NCBI GenBank assembly: GCA_963667565.1
Contig: OY763415.1
Span: forward strand, 128,001 to 192,000
DNA from: Acholeplasmataceae bacterium
GTDB taxonomy: Bacteria > Bacillota_I > Bacilli_A > Acholeplasmatales > Acholeplasmataceae
Reading direction: 5' to 3'
Length of the DNA: 64,000 nucleotides
Positions 34,856 through 45,010 of this stretch are shown here, piece after piece; positions within the stretch are counted from its first letter, which is position 1; every line of letters begins with the position of its first letter. The translations under genes and the position numbers were made by a program. The notes beneath the pieces were generated by a model, which saw only the letters and a list, made by a program, of their open reading frames with translations, did not search any database and had not been told where the DNA came from.

Positions 34856-37276
34856 ATGAAATATGGATATTTTGACGATAAAAACAAAGCTTACGTAATC
34901 ACAAATCCTTTGACACCAACACCATGGATTAATTATTTGGGGACAAAGGGGTACTATGCACTTATTTCGCAAACAGGTGGCGGATATACGTTTTATGAAG
35001 ATGCGAAATTACGTCGTATTACTAGATATAGATATAATAATGTACCAACCGATTTTGGTGGGAAATATTATTACATCAAAGATGGAAATCAAGTTTGGAA
35101 TCCTGGATTTTTACCTATGAAAACAAACCTTGATCATTATGAATGTCATCATGGTATGGGATATACAAAAATCATAAGTTCACTTAATGAAATATCAACA
35201 GAACTTACATATTTTATTCCAACCGAAGATCAAGTTGAACTACATGTAATGAAGATCATAAATAACAGTCAAGAACAAAAAAACATCAAAGTCTTTGGTT
35301 TAGTTGAATGGGCTTTATGGAATGCGGTTGATGATCAAACAAACTTTCAAAGAAATTTAAATATCGCTGAAGTTGAAGTGATAGGAAATACAGTTTATCA
35401 TAAGACTGAATATAGAGAAAGAAGAAATCATTATGCATACTATCATGTCAATCAAGATATTAGTGGTTTTGATACAGATCGTGAATCATTCCTTGGTCTA
35501 TATCGTGGATGGCAAGACCCTTTAGTTGTCTTAGAAGGTCGAAGTAATAACAGTATAGCGAGTGGTGGATCTCCAATTGCGAGTCTTGAAAATGAGATTT
35601 CTTTAGCACCAGGTGAAGAAAAAACACTCATTTATCATCTTGGTTATATAGAAAATGAAGAAGATGATAAATTTGATTCAACAGGATTCATTAATAAGAC
35701 AAAAGCCTATCGTAACATGGATAAATATGATGATTTAGAAGAAGTCATACATGCATTTGATATATTAGGATCATTTTGGGATAATACTTTATCTAAATAT
35801 CAAATACAATCAGATGATGAAAAATTGAATCGCATGGTTAATATTTGGCATCAATATCAATGTATGACAACATTTAATATGAGCAGATCTGCAAGTTACT
35901 ATGAAAGTGGTACGGGTAGAGGTATGGGCTTTAGAGATAGTTGTCAAGATATTTTAGGGTTTGTCCATATGATCCCTGAGCGTTCTAGAGAACGCATCCT
36001 AGATTTAGCAGCTATTCAATTAGAAGATGGAAGTACTTATCATCAATATCAACCTCTCACCAAAGAAGGAAATGCGGATATTGGTGGTAAATTTAATGAT
36101 GATCCACTTTGGTTGATTGCTGCAGTATCAGCTTACATTAAAGAAACTGGTGACGCATCTATTTTAGATGTAAAGATTCCATACAATCATGTTAAAGGAT
36201 CAGAAAAACCATTATTTGATCACTTAAAGAGAAGTATCCATTACACAATGAAGAATTTGGGGCCTCATCAATTACCATTAATTGGTCGAGCTGATTGGAA
36301 TGATTGTCTCAATCTAAATTGTTTTTCTAAAACACCAGGTGAATCATTTCAAACAACTGAACATATTGAGTCAGGTGTAGCTGAAAGTGTATTTATTGCT
36401 GGTATGTTTGTTAAATACGGAAAAGAATACATTGACTTATGCCATTTAATTGATGAAAAAAATGAAGCAAACATCGTCACCAAAGCTGTTGATCAAATGA
36501 CAAAAAGTGTGTTAGAGCACGGGTGGGATGGATCTTGGTTCTTAAGAGCATATGATGCTTTTGGAAATAAAGTAGGTAGTCATGAAAATGATGAAGGTAA
36601 GATTTTTGTGGAACCACAAGGTTTTTGTACAATGGCAGGTATTGGTGGCATCGAATATGGCAAAAAAGCACTTTCAAATGTTGATAGATATTTGAAAAAT
36701 GATTACGGTGTAGAACTTCTTTATCCTCCTTATAGTAAATACCATTTAGAATTAGGTGAAATATCTTCATATCCTCCAGGATATAAAGAAAATGGAAGTG
36801 TTTTTTGCCATAATAATCCTTGGATTGTCATCGCTTATGCAAATGTATCTGATGGGGATCGTGCATTTGATATTTATCAAAGAAATGCACCAGCATATAA
36901 TGAACACATTAGTGAAATTCATAAGACTGAACCTTATGTATATGCACAAACCATCGCAGGTCGATTTGCTTCGCATTATGGAGAAGCTAAAAACAGTTGG
37001 TTAACAGGTACTGCTTCATGGACTTTTGTGGCTATTAGCCAGTATATTTTAGGTATTAAACCACATTTAGAAGGTTTAGAAATTGATCCTGTTCTCCCAC
37101 GTGATTTTAATGATTTAGATATTATTCGATTTTTTAGAAACAGTCAATTTAATATTCATATAAGAAAAAATAAAGATAAACAAGGACAATTATATGTAGA
37201 TGGCAAAATACAACAATCAAAAATCATTAAGTTAACACCTCATGATAAAATGTATGATGTCATCATATATGTATAA
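34856..37276 (+). CDS. GH94 glycoside phosphorylase, most like cellobiose phosphorylase
   Basis: PWINYLG, TRYRYNNVP, GRGMGFRDSCQD, HQYQPLTK, NDDPLWL, GRADWNDCLNL, PGYKENG and NSWLTGTA. Confidence 0.9.
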   Translation: MKYGYFDDKNKAYVITNPLTPTPWINYLGTKGYYALISQTGGGYTFYEDAKLRRITRYRYNNVPTDFGGKYYYIKDGNQVWNPGFLPMKTNLDHYECHHGMGYTKIISSLNEISTELTYFIPTEDQVELHVMKIINNSQEQKNIKVFGLVEWALWNAVDDQTNFQRNLNIAEVEVIGNTVYHKTEYRERRNHYAYYHVNQDISGFDTDRESFLGLYRGWQDPLVVLEGRSNNSIASGGSPIASLENEISLAPGEEKTLIYHLGYIENEEDDKFDSTGFINKTKAYRNMDKYDDLEEVIHAFDILGSFWDNTLSKYQIQSDDEKLNRMVNIWHQYQCMTTFNMSRSASYYESGTGRGMGFRDSCQDILGFVHMIPERSRERILDLAAIQLEDGSTYHQYQPLTKEGNADIGGKFNDDPLWLIAAVSAYIKETGDASILDVKIPYNHVKGSEKPLFDHLKRSIHYTMKNLGPHQLPLIGRADWNDCLNLNCFSKTPGESFQTTEHIESGVAESVFIAGMFVKYGKEYIDLCHLIDEKNEANIVTKAVDQMTKSVLEHGWDGSWFLRAYDAFGNKVGSHENDEGKIFVEPQGFCTMAGIGGIEYGKKALSNVDRYLKNDYGVELLYPPYSKYHLELGEISSYPPGYKENGSVFCHNNPWIVIAYANVSDGDRAFDIYQRNAPAYNEHISEIHKTEPYVYAQTIAGRFASHYGEAKNSWLTGTASWTFVAISQYILGIKPHLEGLEIDPVLPRDFNDLDIIRFFRNSQFNIHIRKNKDKQGQLYVDGKIQQSKIIKLTPHDKMYDVIIYV

Positions 37277-37285
37277 GGAGTCTTT

Positions 37286-38584
37286 ATGAAACAATTTTTA
37301 TTTGGAGTTGCTACTGCAGCCTATCAAATTGAAGGTACTCAAAAAGCATTTAAAACAATTTGGGATGATCATTTAGATCAAATTGAAGATCGTTCTAATT
37401 GTGATATTGCTTGTGATTTTTATCATCAATATGAAAAAGATATTGAATATATAAAAAACTTAAATGTTGACGTGTATAGAATGTCTATTTCTTGGGCACG
37501 TATACAACCAAAAAAAGATGAATTTTCATCAGAAGGTATTTTATTTTATAAAACTATTTTTGAACTGTTAAAAGAAAAAAACATCATGGTTGATGTCACA
37601 TTATATCACTGGGATATGCCTCAGTGGTTACTTGATTTAGAAATTGGCTTTGACCATGAAGAAATCATAAGTTATTTTTTAACTTATGCTAAAAAGATGT
37701 TTGAATTATATGATTCGTATGTTCATGCTTGGGCAACGATTAATGAACCTTGGTGTGTCAGCGTGGTGGGTTATTTTTATGGAAGTCATGCACCATTCGT
37801 TCAAGATTTAGAACGTATGGTTAAAGCACAATATTACACATTAAGAGTTCATCAAGAAGTCTATCAATACTATAAAAAATATTATAAAAAACCCATAGGG
37901 ATTGTTCTAAATTTATGGCAACAATATCCTCAAACTAACAATCAACTTGACATGACTGCAACCTTGTATTCAGATATATTTCACAATCAAATTTATTTAA
38001 GTCCATTATTCAAAGGTGTTTATCCAGAAAAATGGTTATTAAAACTTAAAACACTACATATAGATCTATCATTTATGGACATGGATAAAATATATGAAAT
38101 GAAAAACAGTCTTGATTATTTGGGTATCAATTATTATTCACATCACACGATTGCCTATGACATCAATCACCCATTTAATTTTAAACATGTTGATACAATC
38201 TATGATAAAACAGCTATGGGATGGGAAGTACATGCTGAGGGATTAATTGATCTTATCAAAGTTATAAGAAAAGCGTATTCTGATATTGATATCTATATTA
38301 CTGAAAATGGCGCTGCATTTGATGATGAATTTAAAGATGGCAGCATTCATGATGTTCAAAGACAAAAATATATTATAGATCATGCAACGCGCATTTATGA
38401 AGAAAGAGAACGTCTAAACATTAAAGGATATTATTGTTGGAGTTTAATGGATAACTTTGAATGGGCATTTGGTTATACAAAAAGATTTGGGTTAATCTAT
38501 ATTGATTTTAAGACATTAAAGAGATTCCCAAAAGACAGTTATTTCGCATATAAAAATTTAATCGAGTCACTTCAAAAAGGGTAA
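37286..38584 (+). CDS. GH1 beta-glucosidase
   Basis: FGVATAAYQIEG, YRMSISWARI, TLYHWDMP, acid/base INEP, nucleophile ITENG and DNFEWAFGY. Confidence 0.95.
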   Translation: MKQFLFGVATAAYQIEGTQKAFKTIWDDHLDQIEDRSNCDIACDFYHQYEKDIEYIKNLNVDVYRMSISWARIQPKKDEFSSEGILFYKTIFELLKEKNIMVDVTLYHWDMPQWLLDLEIGFDHEEIISYFLTYAKKMFELYDSYVHAWATINEPWCVSVVGYFYGSHAPFVQDLERMVKAQYYTLRVHQEVYQYYKKYYKKPIGIVLNLWQQYPQTNNQLDMTATLYSDIFHNQIYLSPLFKGVYPEKWLLKLKTLHIDLSFMDMDKIYEMKNSLDYLGINYYSHHTIAYDINHPFNFKHVDTIYDKTAMGWEVHAEGLIDLIKVIRKAYSDIDIYITENGAAFDDEFKDGSIHDVQRQKYIIDHATRIYEERERLNIKGYYCWSLMDNFEWAFGYTKRFGLIYIDFKTLKRFPKDSYFAYKNLIESLQKG

Positions 38585-38588
38585 CCCT

Positions 38589-38672
38589 AGCAATGTTGCA
38601 AATTTCACTTTGATTTAGAATTGTTTTTTCTCCTATAACAAAAAACATTCAATTTGTAACATTGCTTTTTTT
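38589..38672 (+). terminator. Long 3' hairpin/terminator of the sugar operon
   Basis: AGCAATGTTGCAAATT (38589-38604) pairs with AATTTGTAACATTGCT (38651-38666), followed by a T-run. An inner stem encloses CTCCTAT. Confidence 0.7.
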
Positions 38673-38699
38673 GTTGATATAATACTAATAGGTGATATT

Positions 38700-40661
38700 G
38701 TGGAAATCAAGTTAGATCAAGTTGAAGGTATTGGACCTCAGACACTTAGAAAATTAAGAAATCAAAATTTATGGTCAACCTATGATCTTGTTTTAAACGT
38801 ACCCAAAGGGTATCAAGATTTTTCCATTTCTAAAATATCTGATTTGAAGCACCAATCAAAAGTGACAATCAAAGGAAGTATCATTGGAAGAATTACAGAT
38901 CATCCGTATGGTAAAGTTTTTTCATCAACGTTTGATGTAATCTATCTTGAACAAGTATTTCATGTGATCATTTTTAATCGTAAATACTTAAGTAAACAAA
39001 TCAAAGATGGCCAAGAAGTCATTATCCAAGGCATTTACAATTTGTACCAACAACAAATTGTTGCATCTGACATAAGAACTAAAATTGATGAAAGTGATAT
39101 AAAACCTGTTTATCGAATCAAAGATGTGAGCGATCAACTCATCCATCAAAGTATGAAACATATATTTAAGGAACAAATGGTTCAAATATTTGAGATTATT
39201 CCAGAATATTTACTTCATAAATATCGATTGATTTCAAGATATGATGCATATCATCATATTCATCTACCTCAAAGTTTTAAAGATATTGATGAAGCAACCA
39301 GAAGACTTAAATATGAGGAAGCATTTTTTCTTGAACTCAAGGTTGTTTCAGATCAATCAAGACTCATTGAAAGAAAACCAAAATCATATGATATTACTTT
39401 TGTAAAATCTTTTATTGAAACTATACCTTATGAGTTAACCAAAGATCAAAAAGAAGCAGTCAATGATATTTATCGTGATTTTAAAAAAGATCATGCGATG
39501 TTTAGACTCATTCAAGGTGATGTTGGATCTGGAAAAACGATTGTTGCCTTAATTGCGATTATGGCAGTCGTCTCCATGAAAGAACAAGCTGTTTTTATGG
39601 CACCAACGACCATTTTAGCAGAACAACAATATATCACATATCAAAAATTAGCACCTCATCTAAAAATCGCCTTATTAACGCAAAAGACACCAAATAAGAA
39701 GCAGATGCTATTAGACATTAATAATCATGTCTATGATGTTGTCGTTGGTACACATGCATTAATAGAAGATACGGTAAATTTTAGTAAACTTGGGTTGGTC
39801 GTTATTGATGAGCAACATAAGTTTGGTGTTGAAACAAGAAATCAACTTATAAAAAAATCACATTCAAAAGATGTCTTATATTTAACAGCAACACCGATTC
39901 CAAGAACACTAGCAATGATGACTTTTGGTGGGCAAAATGTATCCATCATTAAAGAAAAACCTAAACAAAAAGAACCCATTGAAACAATCTATGTTACAAA
40001 AGATTTGCTAGCTGAGATTTTTAAAAAGATAAATGAAGAAGTTAAGTTAAAACACCATGTTTATGTTGTCGTACCTGCCATTTCGTCAGATAAAGTTGAT
40101 GATAACATTAATTCGGTTCATCACCTTTTAACACAAGAAGTTAAAGCACCTATTTTTATGCTTCATGGACAAATGAGTAAGGATGAACAAGAACTTCAAA
40201 TGCAGTCATTTATGCATGAACCAAGTGTTTTACTTGCAACAACGATGATTGAAGTTGGCATCGATGTATCAACTGCAACGATGATGGTTATTTTTTCAGC
40301 AGAAAATTTTGGATTATCGCAACTCCATCAGCTTAGAGGTAGAATTGGAAGAAATGAATTAAAGAGTACGTGCTATTTAGTCAGCGAAAAAGATGATATT
40401 GAACGTCTTCATTTATTGTCTCAAATCGATGATGGATTTGAACTTGCCAATTATGATTTGAAATTAAGAGGACCTGGAGATTTTATTGGTCAAGAACAAA
40501 GCGGATTTCTTAAATTCAATTTTTTAGATATTATGAGTGATCATAAACTGATTGATATAGCACAAAATGATGTTTATGAACTTTTAAAACAAAAAGATTT
40601 TCAGAAAAATCAGAAGTATTACTATTTAAGAAACTACATTAAAGAGTCGTTAAAAATATGA
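38700..40661 (+). CDS. recG: ATP-dependent DNA helicase RecG
   Basis: QGDVGSGKT, DEQHKFG, TATPIPRTL, FGLSQLHQLRGRIGR and DLKLRGPG. Confidence 0.95.
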   Translation: MEIKLDQVEGIGPQTLRKLRNQNLWSTYDLVLNVPKGYQDFSISKISDLKHQSKVTIKGSIIGRITDHPYGKVFSSTFDVIYLEQVFHVIIFNRKYLSKQIKDGQEVIIQGIYNLYQQQIVASDIRTKIDESDIKPVYRIKDVSDQLIHQSMKHIFKEQMVQIFEIIPEYLLHKYRLISRYDAYHHIHLPQSFKDIDEATRRLKYEEAFFLELKVVSDQSRLIERKPKSYDITFVKSFIETIPYELTKDQKEAVNDIYRDFKKDHAMFRLIQGDVGSGKTIVALIAIMAVVSMKEQAVFMAPTTILAEQQYITYQKLAPHLKIALLTQKTPNKKQMLLDINNHVYDVVVGTHALIEDTVNFSKLGLVVIDEQHKFGVETRNQLIKKSHSKDVLYLTATPIPRTLAMMTFGGQNVSIIKEKPKQKEPIETIYVTKDLLAEIFKKINEEVKLKHHVYVVVPAISSDKVDDNINSVHHLLTQEVKAPIFMLHGQMSKDEQELQMQSFMHEPSVLLATTMIEVGIDVSTATMMVIFSAENFGLSQLHQLRGRIGRNELKSTCYLVSEKDDIERLHLLSQIDDGFELANYDLKLRGPGDFIGQEQSGFLKFNFLDIMSDHKLIDIAQNDVYELLKQKDFQKNQKYYYLRNYIKESLKI

Positions 40662-40700
40662 TATAATGATATCATAATTGCGAATGAAGCGAGGATGAAT

Positions 40701-41708
40701 ATGATAAGAATAGCAGTTGATGGCATGGGTGGAGACTTTGCTCCTGAACAAATCGTCAAGGGAACATTATTAGCTTTAGAAAAATTTGAAGAAGTAGAAA
40801 TTAGTATTTTTGGTGATGAGAACAAAATGGCACCATTTTTAAAACCACATCCAAGATTACAAGTCATTCATACACCTTATTTTTTAGAAATGGGTGAAAA
40901 AGATCCAATTAAACAATATCGAACAAATAAAGAAGCATCCATGTTTTTAGCAATGCAAGCTGTTAAAGACGGAAAAGCTGATGCAATTGTAAGTTCTGGA
41001 CCTACCCAAGCATTAGTTGTTGCAGGTCATTTTATTGTTAAACGTATGGATCAAATGCGAAGAGTCGCAATTGCACCAATCATTCCTTCATACGATGGAA
41101 AAGGAAGAATCTTATTGGATTCAGGAGCGAATGTAGAACTAAGACCTGAACATTTACATGACTTTGCAGTTTATGCGAGTGTGATGGCTGAAAAAGTATT
41201 AAAAAGAGAAAATCCTCAAGTTGCCCTCATCAATATAGGTACCGAAGAAGGAAAAGGTAGAGAACTAGATAAAGAAACATTTAAATTATTTAAAGAAAGT
41301 CCAGACATCAATTTTTATGGTAATCTTGAGCCTAAGGAAATTTTCACATGCGATGCAGATGTTTTTATCTCTGATGGATTTACAGCAAACATCGTTATGA
41401 AAACCATGGAAGGTACTGCTAAAGGTTTAGGTATGGTTTTAAAAAGAGAAATTAAAGCTGGATTTATGTCTAAAATTGGTGCGCTTTTCATGAAAAAAGC
41501 ATTATATAAATTTAAGAAGTCATTAGATGCATCAGAAATTGGTGGAGCACTCTTAATGGGTCTTAATGGTGTTGTTATTAAAGCACATGGTTCATCAGAT
41601 GCATATGCTTTTTATAATGGAATTAGACAAGCAAAAGAAATGGTAGAAGCCGATGTGATTAACATCGTTTCAAATACACTCAAAAAAAGAGAAGAAAAGG
41701 AAGAATAA
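40701..41708 (+). CDS. plsX: Phosphate acyltransferase
   Basis: IAVDGMGGDFAP, LDSGAN, NIGTEEGKG and IKAHGSS. Start is 40701 or 40695. Confidence 0.95.
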   Translation: MIRIAVDGMGGDFAPEQIVKGTLLALEKFEEVEISIFGDENKMAPFLKPHPRLQVIHTPYFLEMGEKDPIKQYRTNKEASMFLAMQAVKDGKADAIVSSGPTQALVVAGHFIVKRMDQMRRVAIAPIIPSYDGKGRILLDSGANVELRPEHLHDFAVYASVMAEKVLKRENPQVALINIGTEEGKGRELDKETFKLFKESPDINFYGNLEPKEIFTCDADVFISDGFTANIVMKTMEGTAKGLGMVLKREIKAGFMSKIGALFMKKALYKFKKSLDASEIGGALLMGLNGVVIKAHGSSDAYAFYNGIRQAKEMVEADVINIVSNTLKKREEKEE

Positions 41709-42389
41709 ATGATGATTAAAGCTTTATTAGAAAAGCTAAATCTTCCTTATAAGGATGAATCACTTTATGAAACTGCATTAACGCATTCTTCTTATGCGTA
41801 TGAAAACCAAACGGAAAACAATGAAAAATTAGAGTTTCTAGGCGATGCAGTGATTGAATTGTTGATGAGCGATTATCTTTATAAAGAAAATTTAGCAAAT
41901 GAAGGTGAAATGACAAAAAAACGAGCGAAAGCTGTTCGCGAAGAAGGGCTTGTCATTTATGCTGAAAAAATAGATTTAAAATCTTATATTAAACTTGGAA
42001 AAGGTGAAGCACAAAAAGGTGCGAATGATTCCATGATTTCAGATGCTTTTGAAGCATTGATGGGTGCGATATATCTTGATTTAGGATATATGGAAACTAA
42101 AAAAATATTCGAACAACTCGTCTTACCATATTTAAGTGAAACACTTTTAATTAGAGACTATAAATCAACACTCCAAGAATTTATTCAAAGTGATGGAAGA
42201 AGAAATATAAGTTACCACATCGTTCATGAAGTAGGACCTTCACACAATAGAAAATTTCAAGCGATTGTCAAATTGGATAATCATATTACACTTGGAACTG
42301 GACATGGTAAAACAAAGAAAGAAGCTGAGCAAAATGCTGCAAAAGCAGCATTAAAGAAAGGAAATTATGATTCTAAAGAGATTATATGA
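41709..42389 (+). CDS. rnc: Ribonuclease III
   Basis: ALTHSS, NEKLEFLGDAV, DAFEALMGAIYLD, and a dsRBD ending G.GKTKKEAEQ.AA. Confidence 0.96.
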   Translation: MMIKALLEKLNLPYKDESLYETALTHSSYAYENQTENNEKLEFLGDAVIELLMSDYLYKENLANEGEMTKKRAKAVREEGLVIYAEKIDLKSYIKLGKGEAQKGANDSMISDAFEALMGAIYLDLGYMETKKIFEQLVLPYLSETLLIRDYKSTLQEFIQSDGRRNISYHIVHEVGPSHNRKFQAIVKLDNHITLGTGHGKTKKEAEQNAAKAALKKGNYDSKEII

Positions 42390-42981
42390 TGACTATGGAT
42401 TTGCCATAGAAAAAATCTTATTTAAAGAATATAAACGTCTTGATTTAACAATGCCTGAATTAACGGTTTTGCTTGCATTGTTAGATATCTATAAAAAGAG
42501 ACGTACTTTTTCTATTTTGGCCATTTCTAGAAGAGTTGACTACAATCAAAATGAAATTGCGAGTATTGTTGAATCATTAATGGATAAAGCATTTATTTCA
42601 ATCACTTTAGAATTAAAAGATGGAAAAGAAAGAGAAATTTTTCATATGAGTCATGTCTTTGAAAAACTTGAACTGTTATTTGAAAAAGATGAGAGAATAA
42701 AAGAACAAGAAGCATATGAAAATCAAATTTCTGAGACAATTAAGAAATTCGAACAAGGATTAGGACGTGTACTAAAATCATATGAACTTGAGAATATTCG
42801 CATTTGGTATGATCAAAAAACATATACTGATGAACAGATTAAAGCTGCAATTGAAAGTGCAGCAGGACAGTTATCGATTAAATATGTAGAACGTATCTTA
42901 ACGCAACAAATTATACCTCACAAGGAAATTGATGAAGATGTTGATGCTGCACTTGACAACGTCTTTAAGAAAATAAAATGA
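42367..42981 (+). CDS. DnaD-domain replication protein
   Basis: FEQGLGRVLKSYELENIRIW and SIKYVERIL; dnaD-nth synteny as in Bacillota. Confidence 0.75.
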   Translation: MILKRLYDDYGFAIEKILFKEYKRLDLTMPELTVLLALLDIYKKRRTFSILAISRRVDYNQNEIASIVESLMDKAFISITLELKDGKEREIFHMSHVFEKLELLFEKDERIKEQEAYENQISETIKKFEQGLGRVLKSYELENIRIWYDQKTYTDEQIKAAIESAAGQLSIKYVERILTQQIIPHKEIDEDVDAALDNVFKKIK

Positions 42982-43619
42982 GTAAAGTAGAACACATTTT
43001 AGATGTACTGAATATGATGTATCCCGATGCACATGTAGAACTCACACATAAAAATAACTTTGAGTTATTAGTTGCAGTTGTCTTAAGTGCGCAAACAACA
43101 GACATTAGTGTAAATAAAGTTACTCCTGCATTGTTTGATCGATATCCGGATGCATATCATTTAAGTCAAGCACATCCAAAAGATATCGAAGCATATATAA
43201 AATCCATTGGATTATATAAAAATAAATCTACACACATCGTGAATTTAGCAAAAGCACTTGTTGAAAAGCATGATGGTATGGTTCCAGGAGATAGAAAATC
43301 ATTAGAAGCATTACCAGGTGTTGGTAGAAAAACAGCAAATGTCGTCTTGAGTAATGCATTCAACATTCCAGCATTAGCAGTTGATACACATGTCGCAAGA
43401 GTTTCTAAAAGATTAGGTCTTGCTAAAAAAGATGATGATGTTTTAGAAATTGAGAAAAAACTTAATAGGAAGATTCCTAAAATATATTGGACGAAGGTTC
43501 ACCATCAGTTGATATTTTTTGGAAGATATCACTGTTTAGCAAAAAATCCTAAATGCGGAAATTGTCCTTTATTTGACATTTGCAAGTTTAGCGAAAAAAA
43601 TGAATATAAAGATAAATGA
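42978..43619 (+). CDS. nth: Endonuclease III
   Basis: LSAQTTD, LPGVGRKTANV, VDTHV.R and the C..KNPKC..CPL...C Fe-S motif. Confidence 0.96.
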   Translation: MSKVEHILDVLNMMYPDAHVELTHKNNFELLVAVVLSAQTTDISVNKVTPALFDRYPDAYHLSQAHPKDIEAYIKSIGLYKNKSTHIVNLAKALVEKHDGMVPGDRKSLEALPGVGRKTANVVLSNAFNIPALAVDTHVARVSKRLGLAKKDDDVLEIEKKLNRKIPKIYWTKVHHQLIFFGRYHCLAKNPKCGNCPLFDICKFSEKNEYKDK

Positions 43620-43643
43620 CACCTTGAAAAAGGTGTTTTTTTT
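43618..43643 (+). terminator. Terminator after nth
   Basis: GACACCTT-GAAA-AAGGTGTT plus T-run. Confidence 0.8.
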
Positions 43644-43715
43644 CAAATTTCTTTATGGATTTGTTTTTTAATTAAATGCAAAATTATTTTGTAAATGTAC
43701 ACATGGAGGATATAA

Positions 43716-44915
43716 ATGAAAACAAGTATTGCAGAAATAAAGTTTCAAATGAGAAAGCGAGGTGATAATTTAGAAAAAAGTCCAATAGGATCAAAACTAA
43801 AGTTTAAACGTAAACAATTGAATCTTACACTAGAAGAAGGTTCACAAGATATTTGTAGTGTTTCATACTTATCAAAAGTTGAAAACAACTTAATTAAACC
43901 TACGGATAAATATATTGATATGCTCAAACAAAAATATCAAATGACTTCAGATGAATTCAATGAAGATCTTTATGATACGGATTTAGATATGATGATCTTG
44001 TCATTATTTAAAGATAAAAGATATATGTATGATGCATATGATCATCCTTATGAAGACTATCAGGAATTTATGAGAAAATATACCTATTTATCACTTTCAA
44101 ATCGTTATGAAGAAGCATCACATTTATTTAAAGATCTCGCTTTATTCATTCCTAATTTACCGTTAAAATCACTCAATGTCATGCTTGCAGTGACTGCTAG
44201 AAATTTATATCATGATCTTAGATTTAGCGATGCAAAGGAACTGCTTCTTTTAATGCATATGGAGGAAGAAGATATCATCTTAAACATGATACAGAAAAAA
44301 TGGCTGCTAAAAATATCACTTAAATTAAAACAAGCATTACTATTTGAAAAAATCTATCAAGAATACATCGAACTTTTGGTTAAAGAACAATATTTCGATG
44401 AAATCCCTAAAATTGAATTAGAAAGAAAAATATTATTCCAAGAAATCAATAAAATCAACTATAAAGCAATTGATATGCAACAACCAGAAATATTAAAAAC
44501 AAGTGTTAGAGGTATGTATCGTCAAGGTTTGTATGAGCAAATTATAGCATATACAAAAAATCATCTTGATGATCCAATATGTCTTATTTATCATCTAAGA
44601 TCACTGGAAAAACAAAGTGATAAAAAACAACTTATCAACAAACTCAAAGAGGTGATGCTATTTAAGATAACAGATAGAACAGCTGAACTTGTCATTAGAC
44701 ATTTAAGATTTAAATATCTTTCACATAAAGAGGATCAATTACAATATTTACGCAATGAAGTCCTAGGTTTTAAACACATGACAGATGAAATTGATATCCT
44801 TTATTATTTTATGATGGATGCTTTTGAAATATTTAAAAAATATCATTATTACAAAGAATCTGCCGAAATTATAAGTAAATATTTGCCAATGATTAAGCAA
44901 TTAAAAAATTCTTAA
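43716..44915 (+). CDS. XRE-HTH regulator with long helical C-terminus (NprR/PlcR/Rgg-like)
   Basis: IGSKLKFKRKQLNLTLEE..QDICSVSYLSKVENN HTH; about 320 aa of probably all-helical sequence follows. Confidence 0.7.
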   Translation: MKTSIAEIKFQMRKRGDNLEKSPIGSKLKFKRKQLNLTLEEGSQDICSVSYLSKVENNLIKPTDKYIDMLKQKYQMTSDEFNEDLYDTDLDMMILSLFKDKRYMYDAYDHPYEDYQEFMRKYTYLSLSNRYEEASHLFKDLALFIPNLPLKSLNVMLAVTARNLYHDLRFSDAKELLLLMHMEEEDIILNMIQKKWLLKISLKLKQALLFEKIYQEYIELLVKEQYFDEIPKIELERKILFQEINKINYKAIDMQQPEILKTSVRGMYRQGLYEQIIAYTKNHLDDPICLIYHLRSLEKQSDKKQLINKLKEVMLFKITDRTAELVIRHLRFKYLSHKEDQLQYLRNEVLGFKHMTDEIDILYYFMMDAFEIFKKYHYYKESAEIISKYLPMIKQLKNS

Positions 44916-44955
44916 AAAAAGACTGTACGAAAGTGGTTTCGTATGGTCTTTGTTT
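44916..44955 (+). terminator. Terminator after the XRE regulator
   Basis: AAAGACTGTACGAAA-GTGG-TTTCGTATGGTCTTT, then GTTT. Confidence 0.7.
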
Positions 44956-44985
44956 ATTGACTAAAAGTCAATATTCAATTATACT
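44955..44985 (+). promoter_or_regulatory. ABC exporter promoter with palindromic operator over the -35
   Basis: TTGACT (44957) - 17 bp - TATACT (44980). Perfect inverted repeat TATTGACT-AAA-AGTCAATA at 44955-44973. Confidence 0.7.
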
Positions 44986-45010
44986 ATCATGGGGCAGGAG
45001 GAGATTATAT

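Noticed and set aside
38585..38640. Minus-strand small gene behind the SD-like ATAGGAG
   Set aside because: The codon at the expected spacing is ATT, and there is no ATG/GTG/TTG at a usable distance.
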